Shown here piece after piece: positions 9,529 to 19,013 of a stretch of DNA of 64,000 nt; the stretch's first letter is position 1, and each line of letters begins with the position of its first letter. The DNA comes from an uncultured euryarchaeote. GTDB lineage: Archaea; Thermoplasmatota; Poseidoniia; Poseidoniales; Poseidoniaceae. The position numbers and the translations under genes are program-made. Location: assembly GCA_937892945.1 (NCBI GenBank), contig CALBIL010000039.1, forward strand, positions 5,272-69,271. Reading direction: 5' to 3'. The notes beneath the pieces were generated by a model that saw only the letters and a program-made list of their open reading frames with translations, was not told the DNA's origin and did not search any database.

Positions 9529-10005
9529 ATGAAATACGTATTCTTCGCCATAGTGCTGCTTCTTTTGAGTACTGGCCATGCCGCTGCAGAAAATGCTTCA
9601 ACGGATGTCGTCATCACAGTCGACAGTACAAATTTGCGTTTTAATCCATCAGAAGTAACGCTCCAAGAAGGACAAGCCGTTCGATTTGTCTGGGGCGGGC
9701 AAGCATTGCCCCACAATGCAGTAGCGAAGGATGGCTTATTCGATTCGGGAGACCCTTCTCGTGATGTTGACTATCGGTTTGTATTTGAAAACGGAACTGC
9801 AGGTGATTATGTGTTTGTCTGTGAGCCGCATGAGAATCTCGGCATGGTTGGTACCATCACCGTAGAGACAGCCCCCCTTCCTCCTCCCGAAGTTGTTGAA
9901 GATGAAGAAACGGAATCAGTTGAAGAAGTACCGGCTCTCTCTCTTCTTTCCTCGATTACAATGCTCGCCTTTGTCGCAGTTTTGCGACGTCCTGTTGAAG
10001 AATGA
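9529..10005 (+). CDS. Type-1 blue copper protein (plastocyanin/halocyanin-like), C-terminally membrane anchored
   Basis: Signal peptide MKYVFFAIVLLLLSTGHAAA. Cupredoxin ligands PHNAV and CEPHENLGM (C-x2-H-x4-M). Acidic linker plus C-terminal hydrophobic anchor. I moved the start from the track's 9475 to ATG 9529. Confidence 0.8.
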   Translation: MKYVFFAIVLLLLSTGHAAAENASTDVVITVDSTNLRFNPSEVTLQEGQAVRFVWGGQALPHNAVAKDGLFDSGDPSRDVDYRFVFENGTAGDYVFVCEPHENLGMVGTITVETAPLPPPEVVEDEETESVEEVPALSLLSSITMLAFVAVLRRPVEE

Positions 10006-10059
10006 ACGAGCCGTTTCAACCGTTTCTTTCATGGACTTGATTCGCCAGTTGATGTTCAT

Positions 10060-10069
10060 GGGGGGGGGG
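10060..10069 (+). repeat. G10 homopolymer 5 nt upstream of the geranylgeranyl reductase start codon
   Basis: Counted directly: G at 10060-10069, then CGAAG, then ATG at 10075. Confidence 0.95.
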
Positions 10070-10074
10070 CGAAG

Positions 10075-11298
10075 ATGTACGATGTCTTGGTAATTGGCGC
10101 TGGTCCCGGTGGAGGTTCCGCTGCACTCCATGCTGCTCGGGCAGGTTTGTCGACGCTGATTGTGGAGGCCGACCCGGAAGTTGGAACGCCTGTTCATTGC
10201 GGTGAATGCCTCAGTGAACTCGCCGTTGAAAATCTAGATCTTGAGATACCTGATCACGTAAAAGCACTCGATGTAAAGGGAATCCGGGTTATTTTCCCTG
10301 ATGGAACTGAGAAGTTGCTCACGGAGAAAGGATATGTCCTCGAAAAGCATCTCTTCGAACGATGGTTGTGTGATGAAGCCATCAAAGAAGGCGCTGAATT
10401 AAGCCTTCACCATCGCGTAACTTCAATGGAGAGAGTATTCAATAGCGAAAATCAATTTTCATATTGGGAAATTGATGGTAAAGGTGATGGTTTTCCGTTC
10501 GAATGCAAATCAGTAATCGATGCATCCGGAGTCTCGGGTGCTGCTTCCAAACTCCTTGACATGGGAACGGAAGTCGAAGTCATTGCTGGTTTCCAATACG
10601 AAATTTTGGATGTAAAGAATGATGGTTATCTCGACTTTTACCTCTGGCCCAAATATTCACCCCACGGCTATGTCTGGATGATTCCAAAAGAAGGTGGAAG
10701 AGCGAATGTTGGATTGGTGACGACCGATAAAAAGGGTGCAATCAAATATCTGAATTCCTTTATTCAAGACACCTACCTCGATGGTAAACCGACCGTTAAT
10801 CCACCTTGGCGACCCGATGGTGTCAAAGTACGACCCTTTGGTGGAACCATTCCAATCTCAGGCCCTCGTTCAGTTACGGTTGGCGATGGTTTGATTTTGA
10901 TCGGCGATGCTGCGGGTTTCACTTCACCCCTGTTTGAAGGTGGTTCACATCTGGCATTGTGGTCTGGTCGAGAGGCTGCGAAAACGATTTCTTCAGCATT
11001 ACAATCAGAATCAATACTTTCAAAAGACCGGTTAATGGATTACGAAAAGGCATGGAAGAAGACATTCCCGCCTTATTCAAAAATACTCAAAGGCAAAACT
11101 GCTTTGTATGAACTAACCGATGATGAAATGTCGATCATGGCTCGTTGTTTACCTGAAGAACTCGGTAACATGTCACCACTTCAGAAAGTTGGAATTGGAT
11201 TGAAAATCCTTGTCCGCAAACCAATGTTATTCACGAAAAGTGTGATTCATGTTCTCCTCTCTTTTGGTTATTCCCGAGCCAAGTTTTTCGGCTGGTGA
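10075..11298 (+). CDS. Geranylgeranyl reductase family flavoprotein (archaeal lipid saturase type)
   Basis: FAD fold VLVIGAGPGGGSAA, the GDAAGF motif and ~400 aa length are typical of digeranylgeranylglycerophospholipid reductases. Confidence 0.85.
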   Translation: MYDVLVIGAGPGGGSAALHAARAGLSTLIVEADPEVGTPVHCGECLSELAVENLDLEIPDHVKALDVKGIRVIFPDGTEKLLTEKGYVLEKHLFERWLCDEAIKEGAELSLHHRVTSMERVFNSENQFSYWEIDGKGDGFPFECKSVIDASGVSGAASKLLDMGTEVEVIAGFQYEILDVKNDGYLDFYLWPKYSPHGYVWMIPKEGGRANVGLVTTDKKGAIKYLNSFIQDTYLDGKPTVNPPWRPDGVKVRPFGGTIPISGPRSVTVGDGLILIGDAAGFTSPLFEGGSHLALWSGREAAKTISSALQSESILSKDRLMDYEKAWKKTFPPYSKILKGKTALYELTDDEMSIMARCLPEELGNMSPLQKVGIGLKILVRKPMLFTKSVIHVLLSFGYSRAKFFGW

Positions 11299-11362
11299 AC
11301 ATTCACCATCTTGAAGGCTGAATACACGCAACCTCCTTGAGGGAGCGTCGTGTCCGTAATTC

Positions 11363-13990
11363 ATGTGGGGGCTAACGATGTGGCTTGCAATCTTCGCCGC
11401 AGTGGTGTTGTTGGTTCGTCCTCTACTTCATCAACAGTCTAAATTTGCTTCACTCACCTGCCATATTCTCATGGCTTTGCCGTTTTTTGCACTTGCAAGT
11501 CGTTTTCTCGTCAATGACACATCATTTGCTCATGTTGTTTCATACGGTGGTGAAGAACTTCCACTGAAATACAGGTTTGCTGCAACCTGGGCCGCTCGAG
11601 AAGGCCCACTTCTTCTTTGGGTCATGTGGATGACACTCCTTGCTTTTGTATGGAGAAAACCGATGGCGGGCGAAAACATCGAGACAACGCACCCTCTTCG
11701 ACTTCGTTTGATTTACGGTTTCAATCTCCTTCTCCTTCTGCTTGCTCTTAACCTCAACCCCTTCAAAGAAAGTACCAGTGCGGGTATTGGTCAAGGTTTG
11801 AATGAATTATTGCAAACCGACCTGATGGTTATTCACCCCCCTCTCATTTTCTTAGCATACTCATTGTGCCTCCACATAAGCTCAATCGCGCTTTCTTCTC
11901 AGTTTGCAGATTCGAGTGGAATTAAAGATCGCATACTGAGCATTGTCCGACCAGGTTTGTTTGTTGCCACACTTGGTATCGGTTTAGGTGGATTATGGGC
12001 ATATTTGATTCTCGATTGGGGTGGCTATTGGGCGTGGGACCCTGTTGAAACAGGTTCACTGTTACCTTGGCTTGCTTTGGTTTTCATGTCTCACCTTCGC
12101 ACTCGCCCAGGAAAGACATCAGAGCAAACTTGGATTGGAGCCGGATTGGCAACAGGGGGCCTGGCCTTGTTTGCAACACTTGTGACACGTGCTGGTGGAG
12201 TTTGGGCATCCTCAGTTCATACTTTTGTCACCAGTTCAGAAGGCACTGCGCCTACAGATGCCTTTTCGCGAATGTTGGTTCTTAAATCGGATGCAGGGGG
12301 GGGGGTCGAGGTAATGACTTACCTGATTGTACTGCTGCTTTTTATCGGTTTTTGGCTTCAGTTACAACGCAGTTCCGCAAAAGATTGGAAACCAAATATC
12401 TCTTCACTTGGCCTTTTTGCCATACCTTTCCTCGGTGTTGTCTGTGCCTTGATTCTCGGTGCTTATATCGACCAATCTTGTGACTCTTCCTCACCCTCTC
12501 CCTGCTCAGTCACTCTTGAGGCTACGATCTATGCCTATCTCCCATCATTCGCATTCACTTTCATTCTTTTCGCTCCACTCGGAATTGAGTTTTTACGCAG
12601 CCCCCCTCCCAAGCAATCAACAGAAATCGGCTGGAGTTTCACCACCTTTGCACAATCAGGGGAAAAAGATCGAACGAATTTTTTGTTTTTGATTCTTATC
12701 CTCATTGCTATACTCGTATTCGGACTGACAGATAACTTCCTCTATACTGCTCTCTTTTTAATTTTCTTCACACCCCTCTTTTTTGCTCAAGATGCAACGA
12801 GGCTATGGGCACACGGTGCAGCTGGGGTCATGCTCGGTCTTGCAGGTGCTTGGTCAGGGATGATCGAAATCCTTTCAGCAGGTGTGGTCATGATGTTTTT
12901 CATCCTCCCATGGCTTCTGGCACCTGAATCGGATGAGCCGTCAACATTTTCATTCTTCGAGAAGAAATCTCAACAAAAAATGGCACTCTGGGCCTCTGTT
13001 GTTGTTGTTGGAAGTTACTTGATTCTCACACTTGTTCTTCTTCTTTCCAGTATTGACGCAATCAATTTCGAGGGGCACGAATTGTATGGCACCCCGTTCA
13101 TCATCGCATTTGCTGGCGCTTTATTCTTGTACACCAATCGACGGCATGAGGCAAAACGTAATGCTTGGCTCCTCATTGTGACTCTCTTTGTTTCAATGGT
13201 GTTGGCTTTATGGCAGCCGAATGCGTTCGGTATGGATTCAAGCACTGCAATGTCGACGCTTATTGTACGGGGCGTTCTTGCATGGCTCACCCTCCCTATC
13301 GTCATTCTCGTCGTCATTCCAATGGTAAAAGAAGTCGTTATCACTCAAGGAATCAATCGTCCTAAAACTCCGGTCTGGAAGCGAATTCCTCTTGGAGCAC
13401 ATATCGTTCATCTCGGGCTCTTACTGTTGTTAATTGGACACGTCTATACAACTGTCCTTGTCGACAGAGGCGATGCAAGTCATCGAATTACCATGGTTAA
13501 GGATGAAATTGTTCTCGATGGTGATTATGGCTACGAATTCACTGGCTTACGAATGACTTCGGAAAACCTTGAGGTTGGTGATGGCTATGTAGGGATTCAA
13601 ATTAATGTCTATGAACTTGATGAAGGCATGGTCGGTGAGAAAATTGGTACAGTTGAACCAGGCATGTTACGGTTTGACATCACGACAGAGAGCGGTTTTG
13701 TGCTTCAATCGAAATCACGTTCTGAAGTCGATATTCTCTCACATTGGAGCGGAGATATAGTCTTCGTTTTTGATGGAAGTCAAGCCAATGGGTTAATGCA
13801 ACAAACCGTACAGAACGGCTCTGACTCTGTTCAACTTGTTCGCGTAACGGTCTACGACCTTCCAGCCTCCCACATGGTTTGGCTCGGCTGGACGATGATG
13901 TTGCTGGGAATGGGCGTGGTTGTTCTGGGAGACATTTCCAAAAACGAACGACTGAATACGATTCCTGTCGCTTCAAGGGAAGAAGAGTGA
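11363..13990 (+). CDS. ccmF: Cytochrome c maturation haem lyase CcmF-family protein
   Basis: CcmF-type strings: LPLKYRFAATWAAREGPLLLW, IHPPLIF, the Trp-rich motif WGGYWAWDPVETGSLLPWL, and RAGGVWASSVHTF. Many TM segments. Confidence 0.85.
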   Translation: MWGLTMWLAIFAAVVLLVRPLLHQQSKFASLTCHILMALPFFALASRFLVNDTSFAHVVSYGGEELPLKYRFAATWAAREGPLLLWVMWMTLLAFVWRKPMAGENIETTHPLRLRLIYGFNLLLLLLALNLNPFKESTSAGIGQGLNELLQTDLMVIHPPLIFLAYSLCLHISSIALSSQFADSSGIKDRILSIVRPGLFVATLGIGLGGLWAYLILDWGGYWAWDPVETGSLLPWLALVFMSHLRTRPGKTSEQTWIGAGLATGGLALFATLVTRAGGVWASSVHTFVTSSEGTAPTDAFSRMLVLKSDAGGGVEVMTYLIVLLLFIGFWLQLQRSSAKDWKPNISSLGLFAIPFLGVVCALILGAYIDQSCDSSSPSPCSVTLEATIYAYLPSFAFTFILFAPLGIEFLRSPPPKQSTEIGWSFTTFAQSGEKDRTNFLFLILILIAILVFGLTDNFLYTALFLIFFTPLFFAQDATRLWAHGAAGVMLGLAGAWSGMIEILSAGVVMMFFILPWLLAPESDEPSTFSFFEKKSQQKMALWASVVVVGSYLILTLVLLLSSIDAINFEGHELYGTPFIIAFAGALFLYTNRRHEAKRNAWLLIVTLFVSMVLALWQPNAFGMDSSTAMSTLIVRGVLAWLTLPIVILVVIPMVKEVVITQGINRPKTPVWKRIPLGAHIVHLGLLLLLIGHVYTTVLVDRGDASHRITMVKDEIVLDGDYGYEFTGLRMTSENLEVGDGYVGIQINVYELDEGMVGEKIGTVEPGMLRFDITTESGFVLQSKSRSEVDILSHWSGDIVFVFDGSQANGLMQQTVQNGSDSVQLVRVTVYDLPASHMVWLGWTMMLLGMGVVVLGDISKNERLNTIPVASREEE
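12296..12305 (+). repeat. G10 homopolymer inside the ccmF coding sequence
   Basis: Counted directly: GCA GGG GGG GGG GTC encodes A-G-G-G-V (residues ~311-315). The frame is intact. Confidence 0.95.
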
Positions 13991-14060
13991 ACAACTTCTT
14001 CTCCAATGCAATTATCAAGGGGGCGACGGTCGCCGAACTACCCGAAAGGGAGGTTATACT

Positions 14061-14939
14061 ATGGAAGAAGGAACAATTGTCCACGTGGATTATGAACTTT
14101 ACAACAATGAAACTGGTGATCTCATCGAGACAACCCGTGAAGCAGTCGCCAAAGAACACGAAAATCATCAGGAGGGTCGTACCTACGAACCAATGGTCTG
14201 TATCGTCGGTGGCGGACAACTTATTCCTGGATTTGAAGCAGCACTTGGTGAAGCAAAGAAAGGGAAGGAAACAGAAATCGTTATCGCTCCAGCAGATGCT
14301 TATGGAGAAAAAGACACTGAACAAATCGAAACCATTAGTATCGATAAACTCATTCGAGCAGTTAAAGACCCAAATTCACTCTATCTCGGTGCTCCTGTGA
14401 CCATCAACGGTCGCCAAGGACAACTCTCCTACCTCGCAGCAGGTCGTGCACGAATTGACTACAATCACCCAATGGCTGGTAAGTCTCTCAAATATTCATT
14501 CAACATTGTTGATGTTATTGAAGGAAAAGAGGACAAGGTTACCGCTCTTCTCCAAGCAAATACTGGGCATTCTGGTTTTGAAGTAAGTTTCTCTGGAGAC
14601 GACCTTTCAATCGTATTGCCACAAACCATGCTCTTCGATACCAATGCGGCCATGCTCAAGTTCCGCTTGGTTACTACAATCAGAGATGCAATCGAATGTG
14701 GCAAGGTTTCGTTTATCGAAGTCCACGAACCTCGTGGATTCGGTGCTGAAGACGACCATGACCATGATCATGCAGACCATGACCACGACCATGACGGTCA
14801 CGACCACGGTCATGACCATGCTGAAGACCTCTCCTCTCTTTCCGTTGCTGAACTTAAGGAACGTTGCAAGGCTGCAGGCTTACCTGTTGGCGGCAAGAAA
14901 GCAGATTTAGTCGCTCGTCTTTCACAAGAAGAAGAGTGA
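14061..14939 (+). CDS. FKBP-type peptidyl-prolyl isomerase (SlyD/archaeal long FKBP) fused to a His/Asp repeat and a SAP-like motif
   Basis: FKBP plus insert-in-flap strings (VHVDYELY.., GGGQLIPGFEAAL, DYNHPMAGKSLKYSFNIVDV). A DHDHDHADHDHDHDGHDHGHDH tract follows, then the C-terminal LSVAELKERCKAAGLPVGGKKADLVARL. A GGGAGGT box precedes the ATG. Confidence 0.85.
   Translation: MEEGTIVHVDYELYNNETGDLIETTREAVAKEHENHQEGRTYEPMVCIVGGGQLIPGFEAALGEAKKGKETEIVIAPADAYGEKDTEQIETISIDKLIRAVKDPNSLYLGAPVTINGRQGQLSYLAAGRARIDYNHPMAGKSLKYSFNIVDVIEGKEDKVTALLQANTGHSGFEVSFSGDDLSIVLPQTMLFDTNAAMLKFRLVTTIRDAIECGKVSFIEVHEPRGFGAEDDHDHDHADHDHDHDGHDHGHDHAEDLSSLSVAELKERCKAAGLPVGGKKADLVARLSQEEE
14751..14822 (+). repeat. 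In-frame (GAC-CAY)n hexanucleotide repeat encoding the Asp/His tract of the FKBP protein
   Basis: gacgaccatgaccatgatcatgcagaccatgaccacgaccatgacggtcacgaccacggtcatgaccatgct. Confidence 0.9.
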
Positions 14940-15020
14940 ACTGGTTTCTCCTTCAATTGAAGTGTTCACCAGCATTCGGCCCCAAAAGATATTGAGGAGA
15001 AACTCGAGGCAAGAACAGGG

Positions 15021-16415
15021 ATGACCATGTCGAATCTTGAGCATCTTGAGCAACAACTTGCGTCAGAGTACCCTTCATTACCTTCCAAACAGTATTCTAC
15101 GTTTGAGAAAAGCGCATTATGGATTACTCTTCTCGGTCTCGGCCTTTTTGCCACAGGATTTGTACTCGCCAATGATTTGATTTGGACAGACGGCCTCAAG
15201 CCGATCGTTTGGGACCCAATCATGAAAGATGCAGGTTCAGCAGGAGATGCTGATTACAACCCGATGAATACAATGCTTTACACCTTCAGTATGCTGGCCA
15301 GTGTTGTTGTTCTACAAGCTCTCTTCCGAAAAGCAAACTTTCCTGCTGATGACCGCATGCTTGTGGCACTTGTAGCATGGGTTTGCCTGGCACCAGTGTT
15401 GCGGGTTTTGGAAGATGCAGATTTTTTCAGTTCGGAAATGGATTGGTTGTTTATCTCTCCTATTATCCACCTCCATCTTGCCGCTTGGCTTGTTGGAATT
15501 GCAGGCCTCTCGCACTATCTGGCTTCGCAGTGGGATGGAAACGATTCTGATCGTATCGAAAATAAAATTCGTAAGGCAATGATTCCTGTTCTTTCCCTGG
15601 CATTGTTTTTCCATTGGGCTTTCTTGTACCAGCCTGCATATATCGCTCACGAAGGAATGGGGATGTTTTGGATCGGAATTGGTTTCGTTGTATCTTTCAT
15701 TACTCTGTTTGGTGTCATGATCAAAACTCGAGGTTGGCCAGCAATCACGAGAGGAATGCTCGCTTTTGGCACCTCTGCAAGTATTCTTGGTATCGCACAT
15801 TGGCTTCAATTTCTTTCTACGCCGTGGGCGCAAGAAAGTTCACGTATTTCTGAAACGATTGTACTCTGGCCGCTGGTTGTGGTCTTTGGAATCCCGAGCC
15901 TGGTTTGCTATGTAATGTACCGACGAGGGAAAGAGGATGCCCTACAACTCAAACTCACCGGATATGAAGCGGGAGTTCTTCCACAAGGAATAAGTGTCAA
16001 AGCTTGGGAAAATGCAGGCGATGAACTGCAAAACCATCCTGTTGAAATGCTCTCTCGAAATGCTCTTCTCGCCAGTCCTATGGTTTTGGCAATGGTCTTT
16101 GGGCAGTTATGTGATGGATTTGCAACCATGGTCGGAATCGATTACTTTGGATACGGTGAGAAGCATGTAGTCAGTAATCAGGTCATTCTTTATGGTGCGG
16201 AAATCAATTCGATGCTGGGGGTTGAATTCGGTGAAGGCGCTTGGTTATTCGTACTTTTGAAAGCGGCTTTAGTTGGTGCAATTACGTGGATGTTTATTGA
16301 AATGAAAGTTGAAAATAGACAACGACATATCCGTATTCTCATTGTTTTAGCAGTTCTCATCGTTGGATTAGCCCCGGGATTGCGAGACATTGGCCGACTG
16401 ATGCTTGGAGTTTGA
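15021..16415 (+). CDS. Polytopic integral membrane protein, function unknown (possibly DUF63-like)
   Basis: 464 aa with ~10 hydrophobic segments. The C-terminal string GQLCDGFATMVGIDYFGYGEKHVVSN recalls archaeal DUF63 proteins, but this is recollection only. Confidence 0.4.
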   Translation: MTMSNLEHLEQQLASEYPSLPSKQYSTFEKSALWITLLGLGLFATGFVLANDLIWTDGLKPIVWDPIMKDAGSAGDADYNPMNTMLYTFSMLASVVVLQALFRKANFPADDRMLVALVAWVCLAPVLRVLEDADFFSSEMDWLFISPIIHLHLAAWLVGIAGLSHYLASQWDGNDSDRIENKIRKAMIPVLSLALFFHWAFLYQPAYIAHEGMGMFWIGIGFVVSFITLFGVMIKTRGWPAITRGMLAFGTSASILGIAHWLQFLSTPWAQESSRISETIVLWPLVVVFGIPSLVCYVMYRRGKEDALQLKLTGYEAGVLPQGISVKAWENAGDELQNHPVEMLSRNALLASPMVLAMVFGQLCDGFATMVGIDYFGYGEKHVVSNQVILYGAEINSMLGVEFGEGAWLFVLLKAALVGAITWMFIEMKVENRQRHIRILIVLAVLIVGLAPGLRDIGRLMLGV

Positions 16416-16489
16416 ATCTTAAAGTTCCAATAATTCTTCTGTAGTAGTGTTAAAGACATCCTCCACCTCCCTCGGTATGAGGGGTGAAT

Positions 16490-18100
16490 ATGGACCGATT
16501 ACCTACCCGAGTGAATCGCAGCAACCCTGAGTTCGTAGAACACAAAGTGTTCAATCAAGCCCTTCTCGATACCTTACAGGAACGTTTGACAGTCGCATCA
16601 AACGGCGGCGGGGGCAAATATGTTGATCGTCACCGAAGCCGTGACAAATTGCTCGCTCGAGAACGAATTGAACGTATCATCGACTCTGGGACGGCTTTCT
16701 TAGAACTTTCACCACTTGCTGCGTTCGAACTGTATGATGGTCGTGCGCATTCGGCAGGTATTGTCACTGGTGTTGGGATGGTGCACGGCCGTGAATGTCT
16801 TTTTGTTGCCAATGATGCTACTGTCAAAGGTGGTTCGTACTATCCAATGACCGTAAAGAAACACATCCGTGCTCAAACCGTTGCGCATGAAAACCATTTA
16901 CCATGTATCTACCTTGTCGACTCGGGTGGTGCATTCCTTCCAATGCAAGATGAAGTGTTCCCTGACATCGGTCACTTTGGGCGTATCTTTCGTAATCAAG
17001 CCCGTATGTCGGGCGACAAAATACCGCAAATTGCTGCCGTATTGGGCTCGTGCACCGCAGGCGGCGCCTATGTCCCAGCAATGAGTGATGAATCAATTAT
17101 CGTCAAAGGCAATGGTACTATTTTCCTTGCAGGTCCACCATTGGTAAAGGCTGCAACTGGTGAAGAAGTAACGGCTGAGGAACTGGGTGGGGCAGAAGTC
17201 CATACATCACAATCCGGCGTGGCTGACCATTATGCTGAAGATGAAACTGAGGCGCTACGAATGGTTCGAAACATCGTTGAGAACCTCGGGCCCCGAACGC
17301 TTGCACCTTCCGCGAGCGCACCATCTGAACTTCCCGCTCACGATGTCGATGATTTACTGGGCTTGATTCCAAGTGATAACCGTACACCGGTGGACATTAA
17401 GGAAATAATCGCACGAATCGTCGACGGTTCACGTTTCCATGAATTCAAGTCTCGCTACGGCACAACCTTGACTTGTGGTTTTGCACATATTCACGGACAT
17501 AAGGTTGGCATTGTTGCCAATAACGGTATTTTGTTTTCTGAATCTTCTTTGAAAGGTGCTCACTTTGTGGAGCTGTGCGGCCAACGCGGCATACCTTTGG
17601 TGTTCTTACAGAACATCACTGGATTCATGGTTGGGAAAGCATACGAAGCCGGTGGTATTGCAAAAGATGGTGCTAAATTGGTTACTGCAGTCTCTTGTGT
17701 CAATGTTCCAAAGTTCACCGTCATCATTGGTGGTTCTCACGGTGCGGGGAATTACGGCATGTGTGGTCGTGCTTATGACCCACGCTTCTTATTCATGTGG
17801 CCAAACAGTCGGATTTCAGTCATGGGTGGGCCTCAAGCTGCCGATGTATTAGCGACAGTCAAACAAGACCAACGCGCCCGAGAAGGTCTCCCAGCAATGA
17901 CTGGAGAAGAACTCGAAATTTTCCGAGCCCCCATTTTAGAGAAATATGAAACCGAGGGAAGTCCATATTATTCAACAGCCCGACTTTGGGATGATGGAAT
18001 CATCGATCCGCGCGATACTCGAGATGTGCTGGGATTGTGTTTGGCAACAGCACGCAATGCACCTCTACCCGATGACCGCTTTGGCGTATTCCGGATGTGA
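16490..18100 (+). CDS. Acyl-CoA carboxylase carboxyltransferase subunit, methylcrotonyl-CoA carboxylase beta type
   Basis: Near-full-length match to the MCC-beta pattern: [86 protein letters not shown] prefer ATG 16490 over the track's GTG 16484 because of GAGG box spacing. Confidence 0.85.
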   Translation: MDRLPTRVNRSNPEFVEHKVFNQALLDTLQERLTVASNGGGGKYVDRHRSRDKLLARERIERIIDSGTAFLELSPLAAFELYDGRAHSAGIVTGVGMVHGRECLFVANDATVKGGSYYPMTVKKHIRAQTVAHENHLPCIYLVDSGGAFLPMQDEVFPDIGHFGRIFRNQARMSGDKIPQIAAVLGSCTAGGAYVPAMSDESIIVKGNGTIFLAGPPLVKAATGEEVTAEELGGAEVHTSQSGVADHYAEDETEALRMVRNIVENLGPRTLAPSASAPSELPAHDVDDLLGLIPSDNRTPVDIKEIIARIVDGSRFHEFKSRYGTTLTCGFAHIHGHKVGIVANNGILFSESSLKGAHFVELCGQRGIPLVFLQNITGFMVGKAYEAGGIAKDGAKLVTAVSCVNVPKFTVIIGGSHGAGNYGMCGRAYDPRFLFMWPNSRISVMGGPQAADVLATVKQDQRAREGLPAMTGEELEIFRAPILEKYETEGSPYYSTARLWDDGIIDPRDTRDVLGLCLATARNAPLPDDRFGVFRM

Positions 18101-18146
18101 ATAATTAGTCAATTAGAAAATCAAAAATGCAATTGGAGTTTTTAAG

Positions 18147-19004
18147 ATGGTACGAATGGATACGCCACCCAAAACTGAGTTGGTCACAATCGAGATTAAC
18201 AACTCGGGATGCCACATTAAATTAGATCGAGAAGACAAGTTCAATGCATTGAATGTACAAATGATAACGGAGTTGTGTACTTTGTTTGATTGGACCTCCC
18301 AACGCAGTGTTGGAGTCCAAGGTGAACTCACTGATTCTGCGGGAGTACCGTTTCTTCGAACTCTTGTCCTTTCGGGCTCGGGGCGACATTTCTGTGCAGG
18401 TGCTGACATTAACATGATGCGTGATGCTGGAGCCAATTCGCCAGAAGAGAACCGAATCGATTCTGAGCGACTTGACCGTCTTTTCAATGGATTGTGGTCA
18501 CATCCGTGTTTCACAATTGGGGCGATCCAAGGTGTTGCCTTAGGCGGTGGAGCGGGCCTTGTAGCCTGCTTGGACCATGTTATTGCAACATCAAACGTAA
18601 AAATCGCTCTTTCAGAAGGTAAACTTGGAATTCTCCCTGCAGTCATTGGACCCTATGTATACCGACGTCTTGGCTCTGCATGTTTTCGTAGACTTGCAAT
18701 GCAAGCCAGTCGAATCGAAGCAGAGGAAGCACTTCGAACTGGATTTATTGAAGCAGTGGTCGAATCGGTCGATGACCTCTCACCTGCTGTTACTGCCTTG
18801 ATTGAGGAAGTATTGGGTACAGGGCCACAAGCAGTAACGCTGGCCAAAGAACTCACCCTTGAATTTGACCGATGGGGTGGCAGTGATGAAGAATTACGAG
18901 AATTCACTCTCGACTTTACCAGCCGTATGCGAGGTTCAAAAGAAGGCCAAGAAGGTCTTTCTTCGTTCCTCGACAAGCGTCCTGCAAACTGGAAACACGA
19001 ATGA
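18147..19004 (+). CDS. Enoyl-CoA hydratase/crotonase family (methylglutaconyl-CoA hydratase-like by context)
   Basis: Crotonase-fold strings FCAGADINMM and GAIQGVALGGGAGLVACLD. It sits between the carboxyltransferase and biotin carboxylase genes. Confidence 0.8.
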   Translation: MVRMDTPPKTELVTIEINNSGCHIKLDREDKFNALNVQMITELCTLFDWTSQRSVGVQGELTDSAGVPFLRTLVLSGSGRHFCAGADINMMRDAGANSPEENRIDSERLDRLFNGLWSHPCFTIGAIQGVALGGGAGLVACLDHVIATSNVKIALSEGKLGILPAVIGPYVYRRLGSACFRRLAMQASRIEAEEALRTGFIEAVVESVDDLSPAVTALIEEVLGTGPQAVTLAKELTLEFDRWGGSDEELREFTLDFTSRMRGSKEGQEGLSSFLDKRPANWKHE

Positions 19005-19013
19005 GGGAACGGG

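Noticed and set aside
10060-12305. The two G10 tracts considered as sequencing-chemistry poly-G artefacts
   Set aside because: They are internal to a contig. One preserves the ccmF reading frame exactly and the other sits at a sensible RBS position. This cannot be excluded without reads, so both are reported with that caveat.
13680-14400. 214-aa (minus) and 173-aa (plus) ORFs spanning the ccmF/FKBP junction
   Set aside because: Both overlap well-supported genes in other frames. Their translations are Cys/Phe/Ser-rich nonsense-like sequence with no motifs.
14751-14822. Repetitive GACCAT array considered as a possible CRISPR-like or non-coding microsatellite
   Set aside because: The units are 6 nt, contiguous and in frame within the FKBP gene, encoding (Asp-His)n. 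There are no spacers and no cas genes.
18113-18646. 177-aa minus-strand ORF antisense to the enoyl-CoA hydratase gene
   Set aside because: The sense frame carries canonical crotonase motifs. The antisense ORF is Arg/Ser/Pro-rich, as is typical of shadow frames.
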